This document shows positions 44,325 through 57,900 of a DNA stretch of 64,000 nucleotides, in pieces. Both the position numbers and the translations under genes were made by a program. The stretch covers positions 3,424,081-3,488,080 of the forward strand of contig MU058718.1 in the NCBI GenBank assembly GCA_013265495.1, written 5' to 3'. The notes below the pieces were generated by a model that saw nothing but the letters and a program-made list of their open reading frames with translations, ran no database searches and was not told the origin of the DNA. Numbering within the stretch: the stretch's first letter is position 1; each line of letters starts with the position of its first letter. This DNA is from Vicugna vicugna (Eukaryota).

Positions 44325-44510
44325 CCTAGAGCCGGTTGGCTTGGCATCGAGACCCAACTCAGCCCCTGCCCAGCTGTGAACCCTTCCTGTGTTTCAGTTT
44401 CCTTGTCTCCAAATAGATAGTAATACCTCATGGGGTCAGTGGGGTCATGGTAAAAATTAAGCAGGTGGACACATGTAAGCCTCTCCCCACAGTCTGGCCC
44501 TCAACAATGT
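44325..44510 (+). mobile_element. MIR
   Basis: ctgtgtttcagtttccttgtctccaaatagatagtaatacctcatggg. Confidence 0.65.
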
Positions 44511-47288
44511 TTCCAGGTCTGGGGTGGGTGGCCAGCCTCCTTTTCTCTCCCCCACATCCTCACCAGTCTCCTGTGAACTCTCACAGAGGAATTCTGGAGG
44601 GTTAGGAGTATTCACAATCTGAAGGATTAAAGAAAAAAGTAAACAAATGAGAAAAATATGAGCTCTAATTGGAGCTAGAATGGCCTTTAAAAAGTCAGAC
44701 ATTTGAAAATTTGGGTATCACAAGCCACTGTGGCAGAATTTAATTTTGAGCTGAGGCTCTGCCAGACCCCAAGGAAGTCAGTAAGAACAGCTACCCACCT
44801 GTATCTAAGAGGAGAACTCCTAGCCTGAAGCTTGGTTTTGCAGGCTAATAGGATGCTGAGTGCTAGAATTCTGATCAGGTCAGGGGAAACTAGTTGTTTA
44901 AGAAAAATAAAGATATCCAGGAATGATCATCATGGTGTTAAGATTAAGATAGCTATTGTAGCTCCAATTCCAGGGGTTTCAATAAAATGTTCTCTCTCCA
45001 AGTTCAGCCCAGGAACTGTCATGCTGTCCATTTCCAAAACACAAGAGACAACTAATTTGAAAATACTTTGGATTCTTGTAGACCATTTATTTTATACCTA
45101 ATAAAGTGAAAAAGGGTAATGATATAATACCCAGTATAAAATTAGTTCTGAAACATCAGCCTTAGCCTTTTCTAATGAGTCTATAATTTTGTCGTATTTC
45201 CTTTTATATGCAACATCGCTTTGGGGTAAATAAGGAAAAAGTAAAAATAATTCTCAGCACATTGAGAAATAGATTTAAAGTGTTTCTAGGTTCCTTCCTT
45301 CTCTCTCTTTCCGTCTCACGTTGCTTTTTTTTGTTTGCTTATTTGTTTAAATTTGGGACATATGAATATGAGTGATTGGTCAGACTTTTTTCTGTCTTCT
45401 TGGCCTTTTAAAGTGTATCCACTGAGGACATATAAATGAAGTTCACATGTTTTAATTACACATGACACCATGTATTTCAGTTAATCTTTTAATTATACCT
45501 ACATCTATGCAGGAAACTTGAGTTTCTTATCAGAGACATTGTAAGACATTGTATGATTCAAGTTGAAACCACCTTGTGATCCTACTCTTCAGTTTTAAAA
45601 TTGATGAGATTTAGATGTTCTTGAAACATGAACAAAGGGAAAATGAAGACTGACTGTGTAGATAATGAAACAGAGTCCAAAGAACAGTTGTTATATGGTA
45701 GTTAAGAACAAATGTCCCCAGGAAGAATCATTCTATGTCGCTAGAAGCCCTTTGAAGAATGGTTTGCTTAAACTTGTGAGATTTTACTCCACTGTTAATA
45801 TGTTAAGATATATTATTTTAATTTGGAAAAAAATTTAAATGACAAAGTAAGTTCCTAAGTGGTATAATGACCTCAAGTTGACCCTCCAATTACAACTCCT
45901 AGGTGATACCTGTTTACATGTAGATGATCATTTAAATCATTAGAAGGAATTATATCTTTTGTCTCCTCTTTCCATACAGTCCTGTGGTCTAGTTATTGAA
46001 CAAGGCAATGCATTTATTTCCTTTCCTCCATATCCAGATGTCCTGGGACCTCTGAGGCTGCAGAGCCATTGTTCTCTGATAAGGTTCCACCTGAAATCTA
46101 TGCCATTGAAACTTGAAACAGGACTTCCCTTCCTAAACTGATCACCTCCAGTTGACTCGTCATAATTTTGATTTAATTCTGCTTGATCTAGTAACTCAGG
46201 CATGGTTTTCTTGTCATGTATCAGCCTTCTTAAGTGTAAGATAATAGGCCTACTTCATCCTCACATCTCTTATGTTTTAGTCCCTGCTTTTGTTTTCTAG
46301 GTTATCTACCATAGAACCTGTTTCCTAAACTCCTGCTAAATTAACCGTCTTCTTACTCGGGGTGACTGGCAAGGAGCAGATTTAATTCAGTGCATGACAC
46401 TCAGAGTCCAATTTTGGCACAGCATACCAGGTGTTCTGCAATTAACATTTGTTTCTCTGAATGTCCCTGGACATGGTCCAAACTGTTCTCTCCTGTTGTT
46501 AAAGTGCCACAAAAAATAAATGAATGTTTTGATGCTTAAAAAAAAAATTAAGCAGTTGCTAAAAACATTGTTCCCAGATACCTATATTGAGTTCATATAT
46601 TAGGAACTAGGATTATTCATTACCTAACATTTCTATGTCTGTATGTCTAAAAGCTCAACTAATCTGCAGTTTTAAGTAATACAGAACGGGGAGAGGGGAT
46701 GTCGTGACTGGTAACACTGTGACAGATTCTCACAAGGTCACAAGGACACTCTGACCCTCTCTGCCAGGCCCCATCTGTTCTCAAACTACTCTCTAGGCTC
46801 ACACTTGACTGTTCTACACCTACAGAAAGAATAGTCTCGAACTAGTGCCATTTTCAAGGTATAGCTACCTTGAAAGAATGCTGTCAAATTCCTCAGATAT
46901 TTCAAAACTGAGAAATCACTGTAGCCCTTGGTACCAAATTTTTGGAAATTGAAATTGTGCGCAGCTATAGCTACTTATGTGCACAAAACCTTAAGTAGAA
47001 TCATTAATTTTAAAAAAAATGATAGAACCTTAAAAATATAGTGGTTTCAGAGCTATTTCTCAGCATAGGCAGTCCTCAGTTTATAAAGTGAGGTTTAAGG
47101 CTCAGAATAAATTTTATGAGAAATTTATCTATCAGCCATGTTATGGGTAAAATAGGCTTTAGTGGGCTGGACAGGAAATCCATCCCCTGTGTAAAACATT
47201 TCCCATAGGGGTGATACCTTCAGTGCTCATGGGGGTGAGAACAGAGCAGTTGTCTCTACTCTGATTAAGGAGGAAGGAAGTGCACCAT

Positions 47289-47796
47289 TATCACCAAGTC
47301 CAAACTTGACAGGCCAGTAAATTGGGAGACAAGATGCTGGGGCAAGGAATAACAACTTCATTTGGAAAGACAGCAGATCGAGCAGATGGGGGCTAATGTC
47401 CTAGAGAACCACCTTCCCCAAGTCAGAGTTCACGCTTCTTTTATACTAAAAAAAAGGGGAGGGGGTGGTTCGTTGTTGCAAACTTTCTAGGTGTTGGAAT
47501 CCTTTGTTCTTTTAGCTGTCCACATAGGTCAGGTCACGATGTTCCTGTAAACCTCCAACAACAAGACAAATGTTATTCTCTGTTCAGCAACTTTTTATCT
47601 CTATATGAATGGAAAAACGGTATACCCTTAAAGGTCAGAGCCTTGAGAATGGGCTATCTTGTATATTTTGGGCTATGGGCAACATTCCTTTACAAAAGGT
47701 TTAGAACCATCATGACAAAGCCCAGGAAACAGAGCACAGGGTTAGAGCTAAAGGAACAGATCTAATATGGATTCAGATTTGTTCTTCCCTGTTACA
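47289..47796 (-). mobile_element. ERV1-type solo LTR (~508 bp), antisense, ending 203 bp before exon 6
   Basis: Reverse complement begins tgtaacagggaagaacaaatctga; 4-bp TSD ccat at 47285-8 and 47797-800; minus-strand TATAAAA at ~47440-47446. Confidence 0.82.
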
Positions 47797-47923
47797 CCAT
47801 GAGCTTGGAAAAGCACTACAGTAGACCAGAAACCAGTCCCACTTCTGGAGACTGAGAGGATAGTGTTCAGGTCCCTACCCACGTACCCCCAGCTAGCTAC
47901 TTAGCCTAGTCACTTGTTTATAA

Positions 47924-48181
<258 letters not shown>

Positions 48182-48359
48182 TAACCAAAACTGTGCCGAG
48201 CTCAGAGGACCCACCCTGGCGTCTCAGGCCCATCCGGGCAGGGCCTGCCGGCCCTTCGGCTGAGGCTTGCCTTCTCCCTGTGCCATCAAAGATGGACCAA
48301 GGAGCCCCTGCATAGGAACTGCCCCGCCCTCTGAGAGAAAATACGTCCAGTCCTGCAAA

Positions 48360-48545
48360 AGCTCTGGAGTCAGACTGCCTGCATTCAGATCCGAACTCCA
48401 CCACTTAGCCGTGGGGCTGTGCCCACTTCTCACCTCTCTGAGCGTTCAGCGGCTCCTTTGTAGATGGGGAGGTGATATTAGCATGCACCTCAGGCACTGT
48501 TGTTAAGAGTGACTTAGGTAATTCACATAAAATTCTTAGTGCCTC
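48360..48545 (+). mobile_element. MIR
   Basis: gctctggagtcagactgcct..cacctctctgagc..tgtagatgggga. Confidence 0.75.
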
Positions 48546-49029
48546 AGTCCCAGGCCCCAGTCTTCCTAGTATCCCACTGGAGAGTTGTCATTTTATGGCC
48601 GTGCTTTGGATACAAATTATTTTTACTCATTACATCAGCGTAATGTTGCAAAGTGTACAGCTAAAGAGGGAGGCCAATGCCTAACCTGCGCTAAAGATGT
48701 ATTATGCTAGGATGTATTTTAAGCTTCTGAAATGTCATTCTTCCTCCCTCCCCTGTTTCCTCCCTCTTCCGTCTGTACTGTGATGAGATCTGAAAGCTCA
48801 TGATTCCCCTTCCTAAACTTCAAAACTCCTATTGCTTTGAGTCTTATCTTGTGACAGTTCCTCAAGTTATCAGTGGGTTATAAACACAGCATAGAGAGCA
48901 CCCTCAAATCCATTTTTTTTAGAAATCATACTGAGTTAAAGAGCTTAGTAGGTATAATATACTGAGTAAATGCCAGCTTAATGCTAACTATAAGCACCCA
49001 ATTTTAATATTCAAAGCCCTGTTAATAAC

Positions 49030-49515
<486 letters not shown>

Positions 49516-51410
49516 AATGGCTGGCCAGCCTGGAGGTAACCCCACCACTGCCCACATTCTCAAGTGTTTCCATGACTTGCTCTGCATTCTGGCACAGAGC
49601 CGCGGTTTCTCTCCTACCTTTAGAGAGCCCATGGTATGTGGATGTGATCAAACCAAAGAGTCCACAGCGGCTGTTCCAATGGCCTGGGCCGGCGGCTTCC
49701 TTCAATAACGCTCTAAGTAAGCTACAGTGGAAGAAGCTGAGAAGTGAAGGCCTGAATGTGCCGCGGTGTGTAGGGCGCATGTGTCTGGGCTCTAGGGCAG
49801 GCTCCCCTTCTCCACGATGCACATCACTGGCCAGTTTGGCCCAGAGGATGCTAAATTGCTTTGTAGGGTTTGCTTGTGTCTGAGAGCGGGGCCCCGGTCC
49901 TTGCCAGCTGTGGATTTATCTGACTGGATGTGTTTCCGAGGGGTGTGGGGTGCAGGAGCTGTTCCAAGAGGGCCTGTCGGCAGCCACTCCTGGCTTAACC
50001 AGTGAGCACCGCTTCCATTTCACATGCGGGGACTGGCTTCCTGTGGGCACCAGACAGGAAGAGACCAGCGCCTCGACATTACCTCGCCATTTCCACCTTT
50101 GCCCATCCCTCTAGGCTTAGCTAGGCTGCCTGGGCCCTTCACACAAGGTCCATCTCTAGAGAGCTTTTGCTTCTTGGCTATACTATACAGATTTTGGCCA
50201 TCAGAGGCAAGCTGTCCATCTCAGAAGAGGGGCTTGGATTTGATGGCCAGGTATAACCTCTGAGGCTCTTAACATTTTCATTCTAAAAGCAATTGCGAAA
50301 CATGAAATTAAACTTCTAAAGAGGTATTGGTGGTCGGTGCCAAAGCATTTTCAGACCTGAGTGTCATTTTAATCCTAGCAGCCACCCCCACCCTGCCAAC
50401 ATTCTCCCTAACTTCCCTCTGCAGAACTAATTATGTTGATTTGTTCACATTCAAAATGTTAGCTAAAAGAACTGTGGTGGTGTTTTTTCCCACTTCCCAC
50501 GAACCTCAGCATGTGCCAGTCACCCCAAAAACGATTCACATGGTTAAAAACAAGCACAACTTCAAATCCCATAGCAAGGTTCAAAGGCCCCTAGCCGTGA
50601 GAACCACGCCTGGGGAGCAGTCGTAAGTCTGTGAGCGATGCCATTCAAAGAGAAAGGTCTGGCGAAGGGGAGATGCCCACACAACCTCTCCCCATCTGGG
50701 TTATCGGGATGTGGGAGCTGAGCCTCCCCTGAAACAATCTATTTTAGCACCTTCCCTCTGGGAGGAGACTTAGCTTAAGAGCAGTTGCCTCTCTTCCCAG
50801 AGCCCCACACTAGATGCTAGAGTTCTCCTGGACGCAATGCAGAAGGCCCTGGACGGTGATGGCCTCACTTCCCGTGTGTGTACAAGGCGGTTTGATTGAA
50901 GAGTGAAGTGCATGCCGTCAGAGCAGGGAGACAATTTGCAGCAATGTTGTTATTTACTCTGTGTCACCAGACCTACGGGAAAACTATTTCTATTCATAAT
51001 GCATCATGGAACTCATACTATTCTGCTAAAATCAGTTGTTAGCATAGCGGCCTGAGCACTTATGTCTCTCTTTTCATCCTGCAGGAGGATGTAGTTTCTA
51101 AGTTTCGATTAATGTTCATAAGAGTATGGTGTCTAATAAATTACAGGATTGGAACTGCGATCCTTGGTACCACAGTCACAGAACTGGGGGTCATTTTCTA
51201 AAAGAAACTAACGGAACAAGTCCTCTTCCAACAAAGAGACTGTACTGTAGAAATTAATTTCCTCCATGAATTTTATATATTGTGTACAAATATAAGGTAT
51301 GTATCTAAATACAAAGAAAACCCTATCATCGTGTAGATATCAGTATTCTCTGTTACTGCACAGAAGTGATTTTCTCATGATGAAATAAAGTTCACACACA
51401 TACTTTCTCC
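49516..51410 (+). other. TRIM9: Probable 3' UTR of the short TRIM9 isoform
   Basis: About 1.9 kb with no repeat I can recognise, between the stop codon and a complete poly(A) signal; AT-rich 3' part. End coordinate approximate. Confidence 0.65.
51384..51389 (+). terminator. Poly(A) signal AATAAA for the short isoform (second candidate AATAAA at 51135-51140)
   Basis: Several upstream TGTA motifs (51241-51335), CA dinucleotides just downstream and a GT/T-rich element (ctttggtttgttctatttgttt, ~51415-51436). Confidence 0.7.
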
Positions 51411-52029
51411 ATAACTTTGGTTTGTTCTATTTGTTTCTCCCTTATTCTAATTCATTCCAACAGTGAGACAAGATTTAGACAGCAAGAAAAAATATAATAA
51501 ATAGCTTATTAGAACAAAAAGATTTCATGAATCTGTAACAATAGAGAAAGCTTATAAGAACTAAAGAACTATACCTCTTTTTTTGTTTTTTTAGAAATCA
51601 GTGAGACAAATGGCATTAACAGAATTTTGGTACATTAATGGAATTTATACTTTATTCATCTTATTTCCTACCATTCCTGGAAAGGTTTGCTTTGGAGATT
51701 TTTTTCTTTGCTGCTGTAGGGGGAGGGTGATGGAATGCTTTGTTTTGGCTTTCTACTTTAACAAAACATTTTACGTTCTTTTAGCAAGAGTTAACCCGTT
51801 TCCACGTTGCAATATCAAAAGCCTGTATCACAGAAGGGTATGATTTTGTATATGATAGCAAGTCTAACGTGTGTTTACATGCTTTTGGCCTAAGGGTTAA
51901 ATCACTTACCACTTGTCCTCTCTGAACTATCACAAAACCTTCTGCTGACCTAAAAGTCACATCATGCAGGAGAGAGCAAAAGTCCACATTGTTGTGAATT
52001 CTGACTGTTTTTTCCGAAAACAAATTTGT

Positions 52030-52260
52030 TTATTTGTCTGTTCACCTGGGAGTGTTTGGTAAGTGCCTGCTGTGTGCTGTGCGGTGGGTATAGAGTGTTG
52101 AGCAGAGGTCACCCAGCTGTTGTGGTGCTTACAGTCTAAGAATAGAGACAGGCCTGAAAGAAATAGACACATGAATATAACATCTTCACAAATTATGATA
52201 AATGCTGTGAGAAAAGAAAAGGAGACCATAATGAAGATGTAATTTGTATAAGGGAACCAG
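52030..52260. mobile_element. L2 3' fragment (a similar one lies at ~26040-26330)
   Basis: gtgcctgctgtgtgc..ggtgcttacagtcta..gataaatgctgtgagaaaa. Confidence 0.55.
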
Positions 52261-54445
52261 TCAGGAAAACAATGAATATACTAATTCAATGCAATGGAAA
52301 TTATAAAGAATGTGTTACCAGAAGAGAAAAGGAAAGAAAAACGCATTAGTATGTGAGTTCAAGTTTGGCTGGTTCCCTGAAAGCAAAGTTCTTGGGGATG
52401 TACCCGAGACAGCCATGCGAATAAGGCCAGTTGCAGATCAAAACCAAATTACCCCGACCTAAGAAGAAACATAAATGTAAGCACTGAAGAATTTTAATGA
52501 AATGTTCAGATAAGGCCCACAACCTGGTTGTATGCATCTTTAAAGTAATTCATTTAATAGCCGTGATGGCTGTGTTACAGTGTCTGAAACCATCTGCAAA
52601 AGGATATTTGTTAAAAAACATTATGTAACAAGGCTTACTTAATGCATAGAGGTCTGGGGCTCATTCTGTGTCTAGAAGACTATTTTTCTGAAAAAAAAAA
52701 AGACATGGGTAAGAATAAGACAGGAAAACTTTCTGTTTATTTTCCCGTATTTTCCTTCTCCCTATCTAACCAGACTGTGTATTTTTTTTTCTTTTTTTCA
52801 AATCTGGAGAGAACAGTAAGATAGAGTAAAGATAATATTCCTGGTGCTTGGATAATTCACTGAGACTATTACCTGGCTGAAAACAGGTCTTTCTCTGACT
52901 GCCCTCAGCTCTGGGAGCCAAGAAACTGCTTCACGCAGCCTTCTCCGCAGGGGTGGAGCTGCGGCTCACCCATCCTTCAGGGGAATTAGAACACAGAGCG
53001 TTGCACCTTCTGTGCAAAAAGTACTCTTAAATACAGATCTTTGCGTAAAAAGATTATTTTCCTTGGACACATGCTTAGAAGTAGAATTACTGAAGCGTAT
53101 GAACATTTTTAAGGCCCTTGATCTATGTTTGCAAATTGCTTTCCAGACATATTTTACACCAGAAATGTATGAGCCTTCCCTTTTTTTTAGTATTACCTAA
53201 TCCTACTATTCAGAGTTTAATTTTAACTAACAAGCAGCCTCTTCTAAAAGAAAAAAAATAATGTTTCTAAAAGAGGGATTTTTAATTCATTGTTTCATAG
53301 AAATAATATTCTGATTCTTAGGTCTCATAGCTACATGAGATAACTTACAACACACTGCAGGGAAAATGAACAGGATCTAAAGGGGAAGGAAGACTTCTCA
53401 GGGGTGAAAGAATAGGAGAGAGACGGAGAGAGAAAAATCCAGAAAGAGGGAATAACTATGCAAAAGGCAAAAACGTCAAAATGTGCCTTGAGCTGACGTT
53501 TGAAAGGAAACCTCATTCATTCAGAAACATCCGCTGAGTCGATTTTGTGATGCGTACAGCATGGCCCTGCCCTAGAGTTTGCAGGCTTTACTCTTTCTCT
53601 TCCCTGACCTTCATGGCACCTGGCTCAGTGCCTCAAAACTACGGTACCCCCTCACCTCTCCAGCGTTAAGGTAACCACCCCACGATCCAGGTAGTCCTCT
53701 TACAGTCAAGAAGTAAGCGACAGCGACTTGTGACTGCGGGGGAGGAGTTCAGGCCTAGACGCTCCGTGCTGTCCTCACAGCAGAGCCCTTGGTGCCACTC
53801 AGCTCTCGCTTCCTCCCTTACACGGAGCTCAGTGACCCATCTGCGAAGAGCACAGCAGACTAGACGTGTCATATTAGAAGAGAGAAGAATTTGGCATAGA
53901 AGTGAATGGAGGCTGTTAGCAGCCTTGAGCATGGAAGGTAACTGGAAAAACTGTGAACAAACCGAAAAAAAAATCTAAAGAGAACAAACATTCTGTGGCA
54001 TATGCTCAGATTAAGAAAGTCAGAAAGTATATAATGAATTTTGAAACGATTTCCACCTAATACATTTAAAAGTCAGTTTATTGTCTGGAGCCCTTAGTAA
54101 TGGGATATTAGGTCCATGTCAGACGGCTTTATGGAATCAAACATGAAATAAGTGTCTCCCAAGTCTATGATAATAAACCCTACTACATTTTGTGTCCAGC
54201 TTCTAAGAACTTTCTTCACTGTCCACTAAAAAATTCCATGGAAAATGACAGGAAATATTTGTAGGACACTGAAATCCAGTAGAATTGTATTAAAACTACC
54301 CATTCACTGCAAGGTCCTAAGGAAAAAATAGGGATTCTTTTCTGCTTGCCCTAAGCCCACTGTGTAGACTTTCTGCCTCTGTCCCCATTGCTGATGTCTA
54401 AACTGCTCCCCTGTCCTGTTGCTGCGACATTCTAGATTCACCCTG

Positions 54446-54938
54446 TGTATTAGTTTCCCATTGCTGCTTTAACAAATTACCTCAAGTTTAGCGCTTAAAA
54501 CAACACTAACTTAGCACCTTATCACAGTTCTAGAGGTCAGAATCCTAAATGGGTTTCCCTGGGCTAAAAGCAAGGAGTAGCTGAGCTGCATATCTTGGAG
54601 GCAGTTCCAGGGGAGAATCTGTTCTGTTTCTTTTTCCAGCTTCTGGAAACCACCTGCATTCCTTGGCTCACAGCCCCTTCCTCCATCTTCAGAATCAGCA
54701 GCGTGGGATCTTCCAGTCTTTTTCTGACTCTGACTCTCCTGCTTCCCTTTCACAAGAGTCCTTGTGATTGACTATCTTGGGTCCATCTGGATAGTCCAGG
54801 ATAATCTCCCCATCTCAAGATCCTTCACTTAATCATCCCTGCAGAGTCCCTTTTGCCATGTTAGGTGACATATTCACAGATTCCGGGGCTTATGACACGG
54901 AGAATTGTTTTTGGCAGGCCATTATGCTACCTGTCACA
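54446..54938 (-). mobile_element. MaLR solo LTR (MLT1C/D-like)
   Basis: tgtattagtttcccattgctgctttaacaaattac..ccaggataatctccccatctcaagatcctt..cctgtcaca. Confidence 0.88.
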
Positions 54939-54953
54939 CTCTAAGAGGAAAGT

Positions 54954-54987
<34 letters not shown>
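54954..54987. repeat. (ATC)n microsatellite, ~11 units
   Basis: Direct reading. Confidence 0.95.
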
Positions 54988-54988
<1 letters not shown>

Positions 54989-57900
54989 TATCCCGCTCTG
55001 CATATGGGAAAACTGAGCCTCAGGGAGGTTAAATGAGATGTCAGACCTGGGCCTTTCAGCTCCAGTGCCCGGCGCAGTGCACTATGATGCTGACATAAAA
55101 GAGTGCTGTGTGCACTCAACCAAAAAGGAAGGAAAGAGGGAAAACTATCCTAAGTCTGTTTGCTGGATGTCTGACAGCAGTTTGTCAAGCAAAGTTTCCA
55201 CACTGCTTGTGGAAGCAGTGTTGTGTAGCTGCCTCATGTGTTCATCCAGAAACCCTGGGCAGAAATAGGATTTTAACACTTTCAAAGAGTCGTGTAGGAG
55301 TTTTGTTCAAAAGAATAGTGTGCCTGCTTTAAGAGGGAGATGTGGAGCTGGCTCTGGTCTCCAGCACAGTACCCAAGCACCTCCTTGGGTCCTTCCTGTC
55401 CTTTCTGCATATCTCTCCATTTCCTTCAGGTCCCCCCTGCCCTCCAGGGTGGCTTCCCTCCACTGGATACCAGTGGATGCTCTTGGCTGTCTCACTGCCT
55501 GGGAAGGAAAAGGAATGTCAGAGCCACATCTTCAAGGTCCTTGAAAGACCCCACCAAGTAGGCTCTGGGATGAGAAGCGCTGCTCAGGTTGAAACCCCTG
55601 AGCTGTTTACTCACAGATGCTCTCAGCCCTCCAGATCTTAAGCATGAGGAAAAGTGGGGAGAAGGCAATCAGTGATAATGAGAGAATCAGGCTGCAGATG
55701 AGGCTGAAAATTCCAGCGCTCTCTGCACACAGCTGCCCAGAGCACTGGAAAAAGAGTGCTCTCAAGCATCCTTTTACTTGAATGTCCACAGGAGCCATCT
55801 CCCCAGAGCTTTCCAGGATGGTTTTATCTAATGATAGCAAAAGGGTTGGGATTCTTGAAATTACATCTTAGAGATTGCTTTCTAAAAAGGGACATAGAAG
55901 GTGTTATTCATAAAGATTAAAATGCCTTTTTCTCTCCCATTAGACTCTCAGCATCACAGTACCCTTTCCAGTGTGATAGCTCCTTCTCCCACACATCAAA
56001 GGAAATAACCCAGAGAATATTCAGAGATGCAGAAAGAATACAGGCCCAGAACGACCCCAGATACATCTGTTCAAAATCTCTTTGCAGACATTTTATGGTG
56101 ATTTGGGGCCAGGATAAGTACTGCTCTCTTAAACTTTAATGTACTGAGACACCATCAGTGTCCCGCCAACCCTCCACCACAAGAGAAGACGTAATCTCAT
56201 CTGACCTCAGCCTGCCCTTCCCATGTGGCCAGAATCCCAAAGGGGAGGGTGATGTGTGTTTGCCCAGTCATCACAGTCCATGGAAATACTCTATGTAGAC
56301 GAGAAAGATTCATCCTCAATACAGTGCAGGATTTGGAGAATGATACTATACAAACCTTGGTCCCCCTGAGACCACCGGAAGCGGCCCCATGGCCCAGATC
56401 ATAAACCTTATCTATTACACATTTCCAAGGGGCAAAAGAGCAGCATTGGCCTTGTCACACAACCCCCCCCCCAGTTTTAATCACCAGGAAATGATCCTGC
56501 CTGGGCCCCTGTCCTGTCCCATCACAGCTGGTAGTGTGACTCGGATGTGTCCTTTAATCTCTCTGGACTTTGGGGGTTTTGTTTTTTATGGTTTTGTTTG
56601 TTTTTGTTTTTGGTGAAGAGTTGTCTCTAAGACTATAGATTTAGAGTAGATGACTTCTTAAGTTCTTTACAGTTAATACTCCCTGGTTTTCTTCTGTGGC
56701 TTCTCTCTTCAGAATTACTGCTAAAAGCTTTATTTCAGAAAATGCTACCAACAGGCAAAGCCACCTCCTGCTTCCTGCAAGAGTTTTAATGGGTCTTGGA
56801 GGCCACCTGTGACACTGAAAATTCTGTGCTGATAGGGGATAGTTGATAAAGGCTCACAGAAGGGCAAGTATACGGTCCCCTGGAGATACTTCCCCCTATG
56901 CCTCTGCTTCACCTTTCCTCAGTCGGAGCATCAGCGCTGCCCCCAGAAGTATTTAGTTAGAAGGATATGCATTTCCAGGACAAATTCCTCATGGCAGGTA
57001 AATCATACCTGAACAAATCTGGGTAGATTTTACAGAATTCAAAGTGAGAGGCGTAATGATAGCTTTCAGGCCCAGAAAAGAGAGATTTTGTTCCTTTTAA
57101 TTTTGACAACATGTATGATATCCCAGGGAATTCCCTGCATCTTTTCAGAGGACTGGGTTGGATCCAAACCCTATTTTTACTTCTAGGGAATGGTCTTTGG
57201 AGTTGATACTCTGGGGAGCAGTTTAGTCCTTGGAATCTTTTTTGCCTGTTTGAAATATAGGAATGTTCGATTCTTCTGATGATAGTTCCTTATAAATAAT
57301 GCCATGGTATTATTCTGAATTGGGGTAGAGGACTTGGTGACAGAGTGTACAACTGTCCCGGGGTGGAAGGAGGCTGTTCCCTTTCTTCTTTTAAAAGGAG
57401 CTTTTCAAAACAGATGTGTTTCTCGCTTCTCAACTACAATTTACGCCACACTTAAGAAAGATTAAAATACCACCTTTGGCTGTAAATTATATACGAGTGG
57501 GACGTAATTGTGACTTTGGATGCTTATTAGATCATTTAAGAAAACTCAGCCCCCTTCATTCATTTCTTCATCTCTTTTAAAGTCTTCCCAACAAAAGCAA
57601 ATTATTTTACAGCTGGTTTGTAATTGAACTGAAACTCATCTCTGACACTGCTTGTGCAGCTCTTGGTGACATATCTTACCTTACTGTGCTCTGAAACACA
57701 ACCATCGTGTTGAACCAGCATCCAAGGGTCCTTCAGTTATGAAGCTGTTCACTACCAGACAGGCAGATAACCAAGAATTCTACCAGGGCACAAAGGAAGC
57801 TGGATTAGTGTACATTGTCATAAAGAACTCCTGTCAGCTTGCTTTTCCTCTTTGAATTCCAAAAATAACATCTCAACGCCTGTACCTTACATTTCCAAAA

